From contig CACYHQ010000012.1 in the NCBI GenBank assembly GCA_902774245.1, forward strand, positions 2,158-66,157: a stretch of 64,000 nucleotides of DNA, in the 5' to 3' direction. The translations under genes were made by a program, and so were the position numbers. Shown here piece by piece: positions 7,317 to 16,732 of the stretch (positions are counted from its first letter, which is position 1; each line of letters begins with the position of its first letter). A model generated the notes under the pieces. The model had not been told where the DNA came from. It ran no database searches and saw nothing but the letters and a program-made list of their open reading frames with translations. The DNA is from an uncultured bacterium. GTDB taxonomy: Bacteria > Verrucomicrobiota > Lentisphaeria > Victivallales > UBA1829.

Positions 7317-8369
7317 TTACCCGGACAAAAGAAAGTAGCCTCGGAAAAAGAGATCGGCTGCCCAGCGCAAAGCCGGATGTTTGACGAACATCCGTACATG
7401 ATACGCGGCCAGACGCTGGCTGAACGAGCCTGATTTCATCATGCGGTTGTAAGTATCAAAGCCATCCGCGAAGATGAAGTCCAGGCATTCCACCCGTTTT
7501 TCTCTGGGAATCAGCTTCTGATTTTTCGGAAGAAACAACAGGTAATTCAGCCTGGAAAGCCACTGTCGGATCCAGCAGGGAACTACGCGGGAATCGAATC
7601 CGTCTTCCTGAGAAACCTTGCCATAAAACGCCAACAGGGATTTCGTGATAATAACCCAGTCTTTCAGAAAATACCCAGCCCCTTTTGCAATAGATGAAAC
7701 GGAATTGGCATGAATGCGGTAGAGGTAAAACTGCTCATGAAGCGGCACGACCCGTTTGGCACGATAAAGCGCACGCGGCGTAAACTCGCTGTCCTGACGT
7801 CGCAGCCCGTAAATGCATTTCAGGTCGTTTTCAATCAGGAACTCCCGACGGAACACCGTAAGCTGAAGCATGGGACAATACTTGTCGACGAGCAGACGGT
7901 TGATTTCCAGCAGCGCTTCAATGCCGGTCATTTCGGCGGGCGAGGACGCACTAAAATTATCGCGGATTTCCTTCTTGTCGGAATCTTCCTCATATGCCAC
8001 AATGGCACAGGGATAGAGATCGGCTCCGGGCGCGGCATTGATCTTGTCGGCGATTCGGGCAAGTGACTCTTCGGCAAGCGTGTCGTCGCCGTCAAGAAAG
8101 ATCACGTACTCCCCTTGTGCCATATCGGTACCGATGTTGCGCGTGGCGGAACACGATCCGCTGCGAGGATGAGTAAAAATCCTGATACGCGGTTCAGAAT
8201 CGGCGATCTCCCGCAGGATTTCCTCGGTCCGGTCTTTGGATTCCTCAACCCCGCAGATGCATTCCCAGTCGCCGAAAGACTGTTTCATTACCGAATCAAC
8301 GGCTTCCCGGATGTATGGTTCGACATCGCAGCACGCCATGATGATGGAAAAAAACGGTTTCTTGTCCAT
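7317..8369 (-). CDS. glycosyltransferase family 2
   Basis: FSIIMACCDVEPYIREAVDSVMKQSF...EYVIFLDGDD is the typical GT2 N-terminal fold with a DxD motif. Confidence 0.85.
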   Translation of the reverse strand: MDKKPFFSIIMACCDVEPYIREAVDSVMKQSFGDWECICGVEESKDRTEEILREIADSEPRIRIFTHPRSGSCSATRNIGTDMAQGEYVIFLDGDDTLAEESLARIADKINAAPGADLYPCAIVAYEEDSDKKEIRDNFSASSPAEMTGIEALLEINRLLVDKYCPMLQLTVFRREFLIENDLKCIYGLRRQDSEFTPRALYRAKRVVPLHEQFYLYRIHANSVSSIAKGAGYFLKDWVIITKSLLAFYGKVSQEDGFDSRVVPCWIRQWLSRLNYLLFLPKNQKLIPREKRVECLDFIFADGFDTYNRMMKSGSFSQRLAAYHVRMFVKHPALRWAADLFFRGYFLLSG

Positions 8370-8438
8370 TCTGATATCCCTGAATCAATAAAAGCATCAC
8401 CTTTGCGGATGACTGCCTTAAAGATTTTTATAAGATTT

Positions 8439-8467
8439 AATATAGCATTTCATCCGACTTTTTTCAA
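8439..8467 (-). promoter_or_regulatory. sigma70-like promoter TTGAAA-17-TATATT
   Basis: Reverse strand reads TTGAAA aaagtcggatgaaatgc TATATT, upstream of the GT2 gene. Confidence 0.4.
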
Positions 8468-8640
8468 GGTCTGTATTACAAATTCCGTCAATTGTTTCTA
8501 GATAAAAAGCATGCAAAATTGAAATGTGCTGTTTTTTTATCTTCATTAATTAGCATAAAAAGCCGACGTTCTTTTTTACAAAACACAGAACCGTTCAAAT
8601 CAGTTGTCTATTTTTTTTCAAACAATATTGCGGATATTTC

Positions 8641-8668
8641 TTGAAAAAATGTTATCAGCTATTATATT
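8641..8668 (+). promoter_or_regulatory. sigma70-like promoter TTGAAA-16-TATATT
   Basis: TTGAAA at 8641-8646 and TATATT at 8663-8668, divergent from 8439-8467. Confidence 0.4.
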
Positions 8669-8765
8669 ATCAAAGTATTTCCTTTCCTTTTTGTTTCCAG
8701 GACGAATTACAGCACTGACTGTCGGCATTTCCTCTGATACAGTGCGGAAAACAAGGTTGCAAAAG

Positions 8766-9938
8766 ATGAAGAATGTTCTGTTGTATTACAGTTTCAGTTT
8801 CGCTCTTGGCGGAGGCGACTATCTTCCTTTGATTTTTATTCAGGCGTTGCAAAAAATAAGCAATCTGACCGTGGCGGTGGATCTGGCATGCAATGTCGAA
8901 CATACGGCCAGGACGATCGGCATTGATATCGACATATCCAGACTGAAGGTCGTGCAGGTAACGCCACCGGACTATGATCCCAAAAAGCATACAATCCGTC
9001 TTTCCCTTTACAGATTCAGGCAGCTGAAACGGCTTGCCCGAAACGCGGATGTCTGCATATCGACCGCAAGCATCATGGATTTCGGGAAGCCTTCCCACCA
9101 GTTCATCAACATGCTGGCATTCGGCGACGATGACTTCACCGCTTATGTCCTGAATCCCGCCGCTCCTACCCGCCCGGGAGCAAAAGCGAGGATCAAACGT
9201 TTTCTTTCAGACTCGATCATCCGTCCGCTTCTGGGAATGAGGTCAAAACGAAGTATCATCTGCAATCCCCGTGAACATATTTATCCGAACTCCTTCTTTG
9301 TAGAGAATTTCATGAAGAGTTTCTACGGGCCGTTCAACAGCACGGTGTTCTATCCTCCGACTCTGCTGGAGACAGACTCGGTCACAGCTGAACGCGATCA
9401 CCTGAAGGTCGTTTATATCGGCCGCGTCATTCCCGAGAAACGCGTCGAGGATCTTGTCGGCATCGTCGAAAAGGCGCGTGAACTCACGGGACTTAATATC
9501 GAATACCATGTCGCGGGTCGTCTTGACCAGACACCGTCCTATGGTCGGAAACTCCGGGAAATGGCGCAGGAAAGAGACTGGCTGAAATTCACCGGCGCGC
9601 TGTACGGAGACGAGAAGATACGGTTCCTGAAATCCGGCTCCTACGCCATCCACGCGGAACGCATTGAAGCGTTTGGCATATCCGTGGCCGAATACCTGCA
9701 GTCAGGCATTATTACGATTGTGCCGGACGAAGGCGGCACCACGGAAATCGTCGATTCCCCTGCTCTGGCATATCATACCGATGAAGAGGCGGCGCGAATC
9801 CTCGCACGCCTTCTTACCGATGCGGAATTCCGGGAACAGCAACGGGCGCATTGTGCAGAGCGCGCCAAGGCCTTTTCCCGCGAAGCCTATTTGAAACGTC
9901 AGAGCAAACTGCTGGAAAGAATCCTGCAAATGTCCTGA
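8766..9938 (+). CDS. glycosyltransferase family 4 (Glycos_transf_1 type)
   Basis: VVYIGRVIPEKRVEDLV...EAFGISVAEYLQSGIITIVPDEGGTTEIV is the E-x7-E region of GT4/GT-B enzymes. Start moved to ATG 8766 because the track start lies in the promoter region. Confidence 0.8.
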   Translation: MKNVLLYYSFSFALGGGDYLPLIFIQALQKISNLTVAVDLACNVEHTARTIGIDIDISRLKVVQVTPPDYDPKKHTIRLSLYRFRQLKRLARNADVCISTASIMDFGKPSHQFINMLAFGDDDFTAYVLNPAAPTRPGAKARIKRFLSDSIIRPLLGMRSKRSIICNPREHIYPNSFFVENFMKSFYGPFNSTVFYPPTLLETDSVTAERDHLKVVYIGRVIPEKRVEDLVGIVEKARELTGLNIEYHVAGRLDQTPSYGRKLREMAQERDWLKFTGALYGDEKIRFLKSGSYAIHAERIEAFGISVAEYLQSGIITIVPDEGGTTEIVDSPALAYHTDEEAARILARLLTDAEFREQQRAHCAERAKAFSREAYLKRQSKLLERILQMS

Positions 9939-9998
9939 TGATTTGACGCGGCAGGAAAAGGATTCAGGTCAACAATGAGGTGAATCCTCCTCGGGGAA

Positions 9999-10925
9999 TC
10001 ACGCACCCAATAATTTCCGTTTGAGTTTTTTCAGACGCCATACCCACGGCGCAACAGGCGTCAGGCAATGATAGAACGGCCACCAGTTGCGACGCAGAGG
10101 AAGCGGGACCTCGCTGTTTTTCACATAGCCGTTTTCAACAAGCCATTCAACTGTCAGATACGTCTCTTCCCGCCACTTCGACGCAAAGGAATTCCACATT
10201 TGCCAGGGTTTCGGATTATAGCCGAAATGAGCATAAAACCGCTTCCTGTCGATCTTCCCGTCAAACTTGTATGTTTCCGACACATTGGGGACGTCCAGAT
10301 CAAAACACAGAAGGCTGCTCAAAACACTTTCATCCGTCTGATAATACGCACTCCCCTTTTCCATGAGTATCCCCACATCGGAAGGAAGAACTTTCTTGAT
10401 CTGAGCATCCCATCGCTCAAGAAACGGACGCCATTTCCTGTGAAGAAGGATTACGCCGGACTGAACTCTGGTGGCATAACGGCTTTCAGGAAGCGCCTGG
10501 CCGCGGAATTTCTTTACGTCTCGCTGCCATATTGCGAGATTCTCCGGCGTAAAATCCGGCGGCGGCGGGTCGCTTCTTTTAATTCTGACCTCATCGGCAT
10601 CACTCCCCGTAAGCCATTCCGTATTATCCCCCACAAAAAGCCCGTCGGAATCCACCCAGCACACCCAGTCGGTCTTTACGGCATCGCTTGCCATCATCGC
10701 AGGTTTCTGACACGCCATGCACTGACGGCTCCTCGGAACATCGACGATCGTAACGTTTCCCAAGGCCAGGACAAGATTCTTCATCTTATCCGTCCAATCC
10801 ATGGCGCCGACCACGACCGGTTGCGGCATACCGTTCCGCCTCATACTTGCCACAAGCAGAAACACACCCCACGAATAAGCCTGGTCGCCGGCTGTAACTA
10901 CGGTTGTATCACATGAACTTTTCAT
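9999..10925 (-). CDS. putative nucleotide-diphospho-sugar transferase (GT8-like)
   Basis: N-terminal TTVVTAGDQAYSWGVFLLVASMRRNG and a DSD motif (WVDSDGLF) resemble GT-A/GT8-like proteins. This is a weak, motif-only call. Confidence 0.5.
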   Translation of the reverse strand: MKSSCDTTVVTAGDQAYSWGVFLLVASMRRNGMPQPVVVGAMDWTDKMKNLVLALGNVTIVDVPRSRQCMACQKPAMMASDAVKTDWVCWVDSDGLFVGDNTEWLTGSDADEVRIKRSDPPPPDFTPENLAIWQRDVKKFRGQALPESRYATRVQSGVILLHRKWRPFLERWDAQIKKVLPSDVGILMEKGSAYYQTDESVLSSLLCFDLDVPNVSETYKFDGKIDRKRFYAHFGYNPKPWQMWNSFASKWREETYLTVEWLVENGYVKNSEVPLPLRRNWWPFYHCLTPVAPWVWRLKKLKRKLLGA

Positions 10926-11034
10926 ATGTCTTCCACAATGCTGGTTATAAGGAAACCACGATCAAATAGCTTTTGAGGAGCGGTTCGATCTTTTTTCGGT
11001 TAAGATTCGCCGGATGCGATTCTTTCAATAGCAT

Positions 11035-11062
11035 AAAATAGCCTTTCTATTGTTTTTGTCAA
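11035..11062 (-). promoter_or_regulatory. sigma70-like promoter TTGACA-16-TATTTT
   Basis: Reverse strand reads TTGACA aaaacaatagaaaggc TATTTT, about 100 nt upstream of ATG 10925. Confidence 0.35.
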
Positions 11063-11277
11063 GGTTTTTTGCGAGAAAAAAAGCGTTTTCTTTGGTTTTT
11101 CTGAAGAATCCTTCCTGTTAATACCATCGGAGCCGTTCCTGTGGTTGAAAAGGACGGTTACGGCACACGGTCCGCAAAAAGACTGCACCATATCGGCCGG
11201 ACCAGATTCAGATCGGCTTTTTCGGCTCATTTTTGAATACGGCGGCAAAAAATCTACTAAAATTATCGCCTTTGCGC

Positions 11278-11305
11278 TTGACTTCTTCTTTTTCCGTGCT
11301 ATATT
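11278..11305 (+). promoter_or_regulatory. sigma70-like promoter TTGACT-16-TATATT (metY)
   Basis: TTGACT at 11278-11283 and TATATT at 11300-11305, about 205 nt upstream of metY. Confidence 0.45.
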
Positions 11306-11322
11306 AGTTCACATCAACTTGA

Positions 11323-11348
11323 TTCCGGAGTCCGCTCCGGGATTTTTT
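11323..11348 (+). terminator. hairpin plus U-tract at the very 5' end of the metY leader (attenuator-like)
   Basis: TTCCGGAG tccg CTCCGGGA (8 bp including one G-U pair) followed by TTTTTT. It begins about 12-18 nt after the predicted transcription start. Confidence 0.35.
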
Positions 11349-11510
11349 CAAAACCGAATCACAACTTTTTTGATAGAGATTGAAATCAAAAACACTAGCC
11401 AGGAGTCCGATCAAGTAATCCTCACGCCCAACAACCGTCTCAACCAGAACTGAACACAACAACGAACCACTCGAACACTTCCTCATCCGTTCGCATAAGG
11501 AGATACTACC

Positions 11511-12788
11511 ATGGCCGACAACAAACAATACCGCATCGAAACCCTCGCCATTCACGCCGGACAGGTCCCCGACCCGACCACGCTCTCCCGCGCCGTCCCG
11601 GTCTACCGCACCACGGCATACGCGTTCCGCAACTCCAAGCACGGCGCCGACCTCTTCGGACTGCGCGAATCCGGCAACATCTACGCCCGCCTCATGAACC
11701 CGACCGAAGACGTGCTCGAACAGCGTCTGGCGGCGCTCGACGGCGGCAAGGCGGCCCTGGCCGTTTCCTCCGGCACGGCGGCGATCTACTTCACGATCAC
11801 GAACATCGCGAAACAGGGCGACGAGATTGTGGCGGCGAACAACCTGTACGGCGGCACGTTCACTCAGTTCGACGCGATCCTGCCGCAGAGCGGCATCAAG
11901 GTCAATTTCACGCCCGTGAACGATTTCGAGGCAGTCGAACGCGCGATCAACGAACGCACCCGCGCCATCTACATCGAGACCGTCGGCAATCCCGGCCTCG
12001 ATATCGCCGACATCGAAGCCTACGCGAAGATTGCACAGAAGCACCATCTCCCGCTCATCGTCGACTCCACCTTCACGCCCCCCACCCTGCTCCGCCCGAT
12101 CGAACACGGCGCGAACATCGTGATCCACTCGCTCTCGAAGTGGATCGGCGGACACGGCACGGCCATCGGCGGCGCGGTCGTCGACGCGGGCAATTTCGAC
12201 TGGACCGATCCGAAGTTCGAGCTGTACAACCAGCCCGACCGCGGCTACCACGGACTGCGTTTCGCGCACGACCTCGGTCCGAACAACCCGCTCGCGTTCA
12301 TCCTGCGCCTCCGCACGGTCGGTCTCCGCAACCAGGGCCCGACGCTCGCCCCGGACGCCGCGTGGATATTCTTGCAGGGCCTCGAATCCCTCCCGCTCCG
12401 CACCGCGCGCCACAGCGAAAACGGCCTCGCGGTCGCGAACTTCCTGAAGAACCATCCGAAGGCCGCCTGGGTCAAGTATCCGGGATTCCAGCCGCTGGCG
12501 CAGAAATACCTGCCGAACGGCGCGAACGGCATGGTCGTCTTCGGCGTGAAGGGCGGCGCGGCCGCCGCGCAGAAGCTCGTGGACAACGTCTCCCTCTTCA
12601 CGATCATCGCGAACGTCGGCGACGCCAAGAGCCTCATCATCCACCCCGCCAGCACGACGCACTCGCAGCTGAGCGAGGAGGACCAGATCAAGGCCGGGCT
12701 CCCGCCGGAGCTCATCCGCCTCTCCATCGGCCTCGAAAACGTCGACGACATCATCGGCGCGCTGGATGATGCTTTGAAGCTTATCTAA
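11511..12788 (+). CDS. metY: O-acetylhomoserine aminocarboxypropyltransferase (sulfhydrylase)
   Basis: Full-length Cys/Met-metabolism PLP enzyme. It has the PLP-lysine motif HSLSKWIGGHGT and the typical N-terminus YRIETLAIHAGQ. AAGGAG SD is present. Confidence 0.92.
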   Translation: MADNKQYRIETLAIHAGQVPDPTTLSRAVPVYRTTAYAFRNSKHGADLFGLRESGNIYARLMNPTEDVLEQRLAALDGGKAALAVSSGTAAIYFTITNIAKQGDEIVAANNLYGGTFTQFDAILPQSGIKVNFTPVNDFEAVERAINERTRAIYIETVGNPGLDIADIEAYAKIAQKHHLPLIVDSTFTPPTLLRPIEHGANIVIHSLSKWIGGHGTAIGGAVVDAGNFDWTDPKFELYNQPDRGYHGLRFAHDLGPNNPLAFILRLRTVGLRNQGPTLAPDAAWIFLQGLESLPLRTARHSENGLAVANFLKNHPKAAWVKYPGFQPLAQKYLPNGANGMVVFGVKGGAAAAQKLVDNVSLFTIIANVGDAKSLIIHPASTTHSQLSEEDQIKAGLPPELIRLSIGLENVDDIIGALDDALKLI

Positions 12789-12826
12789 AAGAGTTTCCCT
12801 GAAAGTTAGGGTTAGGTGAAAAGGAC

Positions 12827-12866
12827 GCCCCCGGACCTGTTGAAGGTTCCGGGGGCTGTTTATTTG
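12827..12866 (+). terminator. Rho-independent terminator between convergent metY and the Sel1 gene
   Basis: GCCCCCGGACC tgttgaa GGTTCCGGGGGC followed by TGTTTATTT. Confidence 0.6.
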
Positions 12867-12958
12867 GCACGCCCTACCGGGCGCACGAAAGGAAGCCTCC
12901 GGATCGGTGAGAATGCCATCCCTGAGGCGGATCGAAACATCGCAAAGCCTTCTTCCGC

Positions 12959-15900
12959 TCAGTTTTCCATTTCCTTCAAAGCCTCTTTTGCCGGTTCGAA
13001 GCCATGTTCCGCGGCTTTACGGATCCATTTCACGGCTTCCGCATGATCCTGTTCGACGCCCTTGCCGTTTTCATAGCAGACACCGAGATTGTATTGCCCC
13101 TCGACATCGCCTTGTTCCGCTGCTTTGCGCCACCATTCCGCCGCCGCGGCATCGTCCTGTTCGACGCCTTCGCCTTTGTAATAGCAAAGGGCGAGTTTGC
13201 ATTGCGCAAAGGCATGCCCTTGTTCGGCAGCCTTGCGGAACCATTTCACGGCCTCGGACTTGTCCTGTTCAACGAACCTGCCTAAATCATAACAGAGGCC
13301 AATAAGCACTTGCGCCACGACATGGCCCTGTTCCGCTGCTTTGCGATACCATTTTGCCGCCTCGGCAAGGTCTTCTTCAACACCCTTTCCGTTTTCATAG
13401 CAGCTGCCGAGATTATATTGCGCCTGGACATCGCCTTGTTCCGCGGCTTTGCGCCACCATTCTGCCGCCTTGGCATCGTCCTGTTCGACGCCATCGCCCT
13501 TTTCGTAGCAGACGCCGAGATTGTATTGCGCCTGGACATGGCCCTGTTCCGCTGCTTTGCGGTACCATTTCACAGCTTCCGCATGGTCCTGTTCGACGCC
13601 CCTGCCGCCGACATAGGAGACAGCGAAATAGAATTGCGATTCGGCATGTCCCTGTTCCGCCGCTTTTCGCCACCATTCCGCCGCCTTGGCATCGTCCTGT
13701 TCGACGCCATCGCCGTTATGATAGCATTGGCCGAGTTTGTATTGCGCCTCGACAGAACCTTGTTCGGCATCCGTGCGCAACCGTTTCACCGCTTCGGCAG
13801 AACCTTGTTCGACAGCCGCCGTGCGCAAACGTATCACCGCCTCGGCATCACCTTGTTCGGCAGCCTTGCGGTACCATTTCACCGCTTCGGCATTGTCCTG
13901 TTCGACGCCAATGCCGTATTCATAGCAGGCACCGAGATTGTATTGCGCGCCGGCAAGTCCCTGTTCGGCAGCCTTGCGGAACCATTTCACCGCCTCCGTA
14001 TAGTCCTGTTCGACGCCCAGGCCGAAGTAACAGCATTGGCCGAGATTGTGTTGTGCCTGGGCACTGCCTTGTTCTGCGGCTTTGCGGTACCATTTCACCG
14101 CCTCCGCATAGTCCTGTTCGACGCCTTCGCCTTTTGCATAGCAGGTGCCGAGATTGTTTTGCGCCAGAGCTTCGCCTTGTTCCGCGGCTTTGCGATACCA
14201 TTTCACCGCCTCGGCATCGTCCTGTTCGACGCCTTCGCCTCCTGCATAGCAGGCGCCGAGATTGTTTTGCGCCAGAGCAAAGCCTTGTTCCGCGGCTTTA
14301 CGGTACCATTTCACGGCTTCCGCATGGTCCTGTTCAACGCCCCGGCCGTAGGAATAGCATTGGCCGAGACTGAATTGCGCGCCGGCAGAACCTTTTTCGG
14401 CAGCCTTGCGATACCATTTCAGCGCCTCGGCATAGTCTTGTTCAACGCCCCTGCCGTCTCCATAGTACTGGCCGAGGCTGGTTTGTGCCTCGGCATGCCC
14501 TTGATCCGCGGCTTTTCGGAACCATTTCACCGCCTCGGCATCGTCTTGTTTAACGCCCATGCCTTGTTCATAGCAGACACCGAGATTGTGTTGTGCCTGG
14601 GCATAGCCTTGATCCGCGGCTTTTCGGAACCATTTCGCCGCCTCGGCATCGTCCTGTTTGACGCCTTCGCCGTTGTGATAGCAAAAGCCGAGAATGAACT
14701 GTGCGTCGGCAAGCCCTTGATCGGCAGCCTTGCGATACCAATTCACCGCCTCGGCATTGTCCTGTTCGACGCCCTTGCCGTTTCGATAGCAGACCCCGAG
14801 TTTGTATTGTGCCTCGGCAAGCCCTTGTTCCGCGGCTTTCCGGAACCATTTCACGGCCTCGGCATAGTCCTGTTCGATGCCCCTGCCGTAGTAATAGCAT
14901 CCGCCGAGATTGCATTGCGCCTGGGCATATCCCTGCTCCGCAACTTTGCGATACCATTTCACCGCCTCGACATAGTCCTGTTCGATGCCCCTGCCGTTTT
15001 CTAAGTTGGTGGCGAGATCGTATTGTGCGTCAGCGAAATGTTGTTCCGCAGCTTTGGTGTACCATTTCAAGGCTTCAGCCTCGTCCTTTTCGACGCCTTC
15101 GCCGTTTTCATAGCAGAAACCGAGATTCCCTTGTGCCCCGGCAAGTCCCTGTTCGGCAGCTTTTCGAAACCATTTCACCGCCTCCCCGGCGTTTTTTTCT
15201 ACTCCATCGCCCTTGAGATAGCAGCCGCCGAGATTGTTTTGAGCAAAGGCTTCGCCTTGTTCGGCAGCTTTTCGAAACCATTTCGCGGCCTCTTTTTCGT
15301 CTTTCTCAACACCATCGCCCAAGAGATAGCAGGCACCGAGATTGTTTTGAGCAATGGCAAGCCCTTGTTCGGCAGCTTTTCGATACCAATTCACTGCCTC
15401 GGCATAGTCCTGTTCGACGCCCTTGCCGTATTGATAGCAGTTGCCGAGATTGTTTTGCGCCTCGGCAAACCCCTGTTCGGCGGCCTTGCGATTCCATTTC
15501 ACCGCCTCGGCATAGTTTTGTTCAACGCCCCTGCCGTAGTAATAGCAGTTGCCGAGATAGCATTGTGCCTTGGCATTGCCTTGATCCGCAGCTATACGGT
15601 ACCATTTCACCGCCTCGGCATAGTCCTGTTCAACGCCCCTGCCGGTTTCATAGTAGAAGCCGAGATCGCATAACGCCTGGACATGGCCCTGTTCGGCAGC
15701 TTTGCGGGACCATTTCACGGCTTCTGTTATGTCCTGTTCGATGCCCGTACCGTGGAAATAGCATGCTGCGAGATTGTTTTGCGCCTGAACATCGCCCTGT
15801 TCCGCGGCTTTGCGGTACCATTCTGCCGCCTTGGCATCGTCCTTTTTGACGCCTTCGCCGTAGTAATAGCAGGTGGCGAGATTGAATTGCGCCTGGACAT

Positions 15901-16465
15901 CGCCCTGTTCCGCGGCTTTGCGGAACCATTTCACCGCCTCGGCATCGTCCTTTTCGACGCCATCGCCTTTGTAATAGCAAAAGCCGAGAACGCTTTGTGC
16001 TGCGGCGCTCTCGTATGCCGCGGCTTTGCGGAACCATTTCACCGCTTCGGCATAGTCTTGTTCAGCTCCCTTGCCGTAGTAATAGCAGATGCCGAGAAAG
16101 TATTGCGCCCCGGCGAGCCCTTGTTCCGCGGCTTTGCGGTACCATTTCGCCGCCTCGGCATCGTCCTTTTCGACGCCATCGCCTTTTTCATAGAGGACGC
16201 CGAGATCGCATTGCGCCTTGGGAAACCCCTGTTCGGCAGCCATGCGCATCCATTTCACAGCCTCGGCCTTGTCCTGTTCGACGCCATCGCCGTAGTAATA
16301 GCATGCTGCGAGATCGCATTGCGCCCTGGCTTCGCCCTGTTCGGCGGCTTTCCGGATCCGGTTTATATCCTGGCCGGGATCATCTGATGTGCTGTCGGAG
16401 CATGCCGAAAACGAGGCGGCGAAAACGATGGAGAACAAAAAAAGCACACGGCTGAAAGGTTTCAT
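12959..16465 (-). CDS. giant Sel1-repeat (SLR/TPR-like) lipoprotein, about 30 tandem 36-aa repeats
   Basis: Leader MKPFSRVLFLFSIVFAASFSAC. The rest is almost entirely AEAVKWYRKAAEQGxAxAQxNLGxCYxxGxGVEQD units, the Sel1 consensus. Confidence 0.9.
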   Translation of the reverse strand: MKPFSRVLFLFSIVFAASFSACSDSTSDDPGQDINRIRKAAEQGEARAQCDLAACYYYGDGVEQDKAEAVKWMRMAAEQGFPKAQCDLGVLYEKGDGVEKDDAEAAKWYRKAAEQGLAGAQYFLGICYYYGKGAEQDYAEAVKWFRKAAAYESAAAQSVLGFCYYKGDGVEKDDAEAVKWFRKAAEQGDVQAQFNLATCYYYGEGVKKDDAKAAEWYRKAAEQGDVQAQNNLAACYFHGTGIEQDITEAVKWSRKAAEQGHVQALCDLGFYYETGRGVEQDYAEAVKWYRIAADQGNAKAQCYLGNCYYYGRGVEQNYAEAVKWNRKAAEQGFAEAQNNLGNCYQYGKGVEQDYAEAVNWYRKAAEQGLAIAQNNLGACYLLGDGVEKDEKEAAKWFRKAAEQGEAFAQNNLGGCYLKGDGVEKNAGEAVKWFRKAAEQGLAGAQGNLGFCYENGEGVEKDEAEALKWYTKAAEQHFADAQYDLATNLENGRGIEQDYVEAVKWYRKVAEQGYAQAQCNLGGCYYYGRGIEQDYAEAVKWFRKAAEQGLAEAQYKLGVCYRNGKGVEQDNAEAVNWYRKAADQGLADAQFILGFCYHNGEGVKQDDAEAAKWFRKAADQGYAQAQHNLGVCYEQGMGVKQDDAEAVKWFRKAADQGHAEAQTSLGQYYGDGRGVEQDYAEALKWYRKAAEKGSAGAQFSLGQCYSYGRGVEQDHAEAVKWYRKAAEQGFALAQNNLGACYAGGEGVEQDDAEAVKWYRKAAEQGEALAQNNLGTCYAKGEGVEQDYAEAVKWYRKAAEQGSAQAQHNLGQCCYFGLGVEQDYTEAVKWFRKAAEQGLAGAQYNLGACYEYGIGVEQDNAEAVKWYRKAAEQGDAEAVIRLRTAAVEQGSAEAVKRLRTDAEQGSVEAQYKLGQCYHNGDGVEQDDAKAAEWWRKAAEQGHAESQFYFAVSYVGGRGVEQDHAEAVKWYRKAAEQGHVQAQYNLGVCYEKGDGVEQDDAKAAEWWRKAAEQGDVQAQYNLGSCYENGKGVEEDLAEAAKWYRKAAEQGHVVAQVLIGLCYDLGRFVEQDKSEAVKWFRKAAEQGHAFAQCKLALCYYKGEGVEQDDAAAAEWWRKAAEQGDVEGQYNLGVCYENGKGVEQDHAEAVKWIRKAAEHGFEPAKEALKEMEN

Positions 16466-16513
16466 ATCAGGCTCCTGATGTGGTATACGGGCAATCTTTT
16501 TTTTGAAAATAAT

Positions 16514-16542
16514 AATATATCACTATTTAATAAAAAAGTCAA
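16514..16542 (-). promoter_or_regulatory. sigma70-like promoter TTGACT-17-TATATT (Sel1 gene 1)
   Basis: Reverse strand reads TTGACT tttttattaaatagtga TATATT, about 45 nt upstream of ATG 16465. Confidence 0.45.
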
Positions 16543-16675
16543 GAGAAAGCATGGAATATCTTCTAAAAGAATAGTGTTTTTTGAGCAAAACAAGATTGAT
16601 TTCTTCTGCGACTCGAGATCAATTCTATTGTTCCATTCATTTTACGGAAAAAGCCAGGGTCAGGATAAAAGGAAA

Positions 16676-16709
16676 CGGGACCGTCGGTCAACCCGCGGTC
16701 CCGCTTTTT
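16676..16709 (-). terminator. hairpin with flanking T-rich runs downstream of fumC
   Basis: CGGGACCG (12-nt loop) CGGTCCCG. The plus side is followed by CTTTTT and the minus side by TTTCCTTTT. Confidence 0.4.
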
Positions 16710-16732
16710 ATGCGGAAAATGTTAAAACGAAG

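Noticed and set aside
11306-11510. SAM riboswitch or T-box upstream of metY
   Set aside because: I could not recognise SAM-I, SAM-II or SAM-SAH core motifs or a T-box sequence by eye. I report it only as an unexplained leader; it needs an Rfam scan.
11304-12662. 452-aa minus-strand ORF. Similar long antisense ORFs occur at 16478-18166, 21588-23909, 25230-27386, 50597-52129, 54352-55908 and 57135-59216.
   Set aside because: Each lies opposite a gene with strong family signatures (metY, fumC, the ABC operon genes, SUMF1-M6, GT39, Sel1). All are Arg/Gly/Asp/His-rich with no motifs.
13310-15004. 564-aa plus-strand ORF with its own striking periodic repeat (..LFRGFAxPFHRLGIVLFDA..)
   Set aside because: The periodicity is simply the mirror image of the 108-nt Sel1 repeat on the other strand. 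The Sel1 frame has a signal peptide, a promoter and the canonical consensus.
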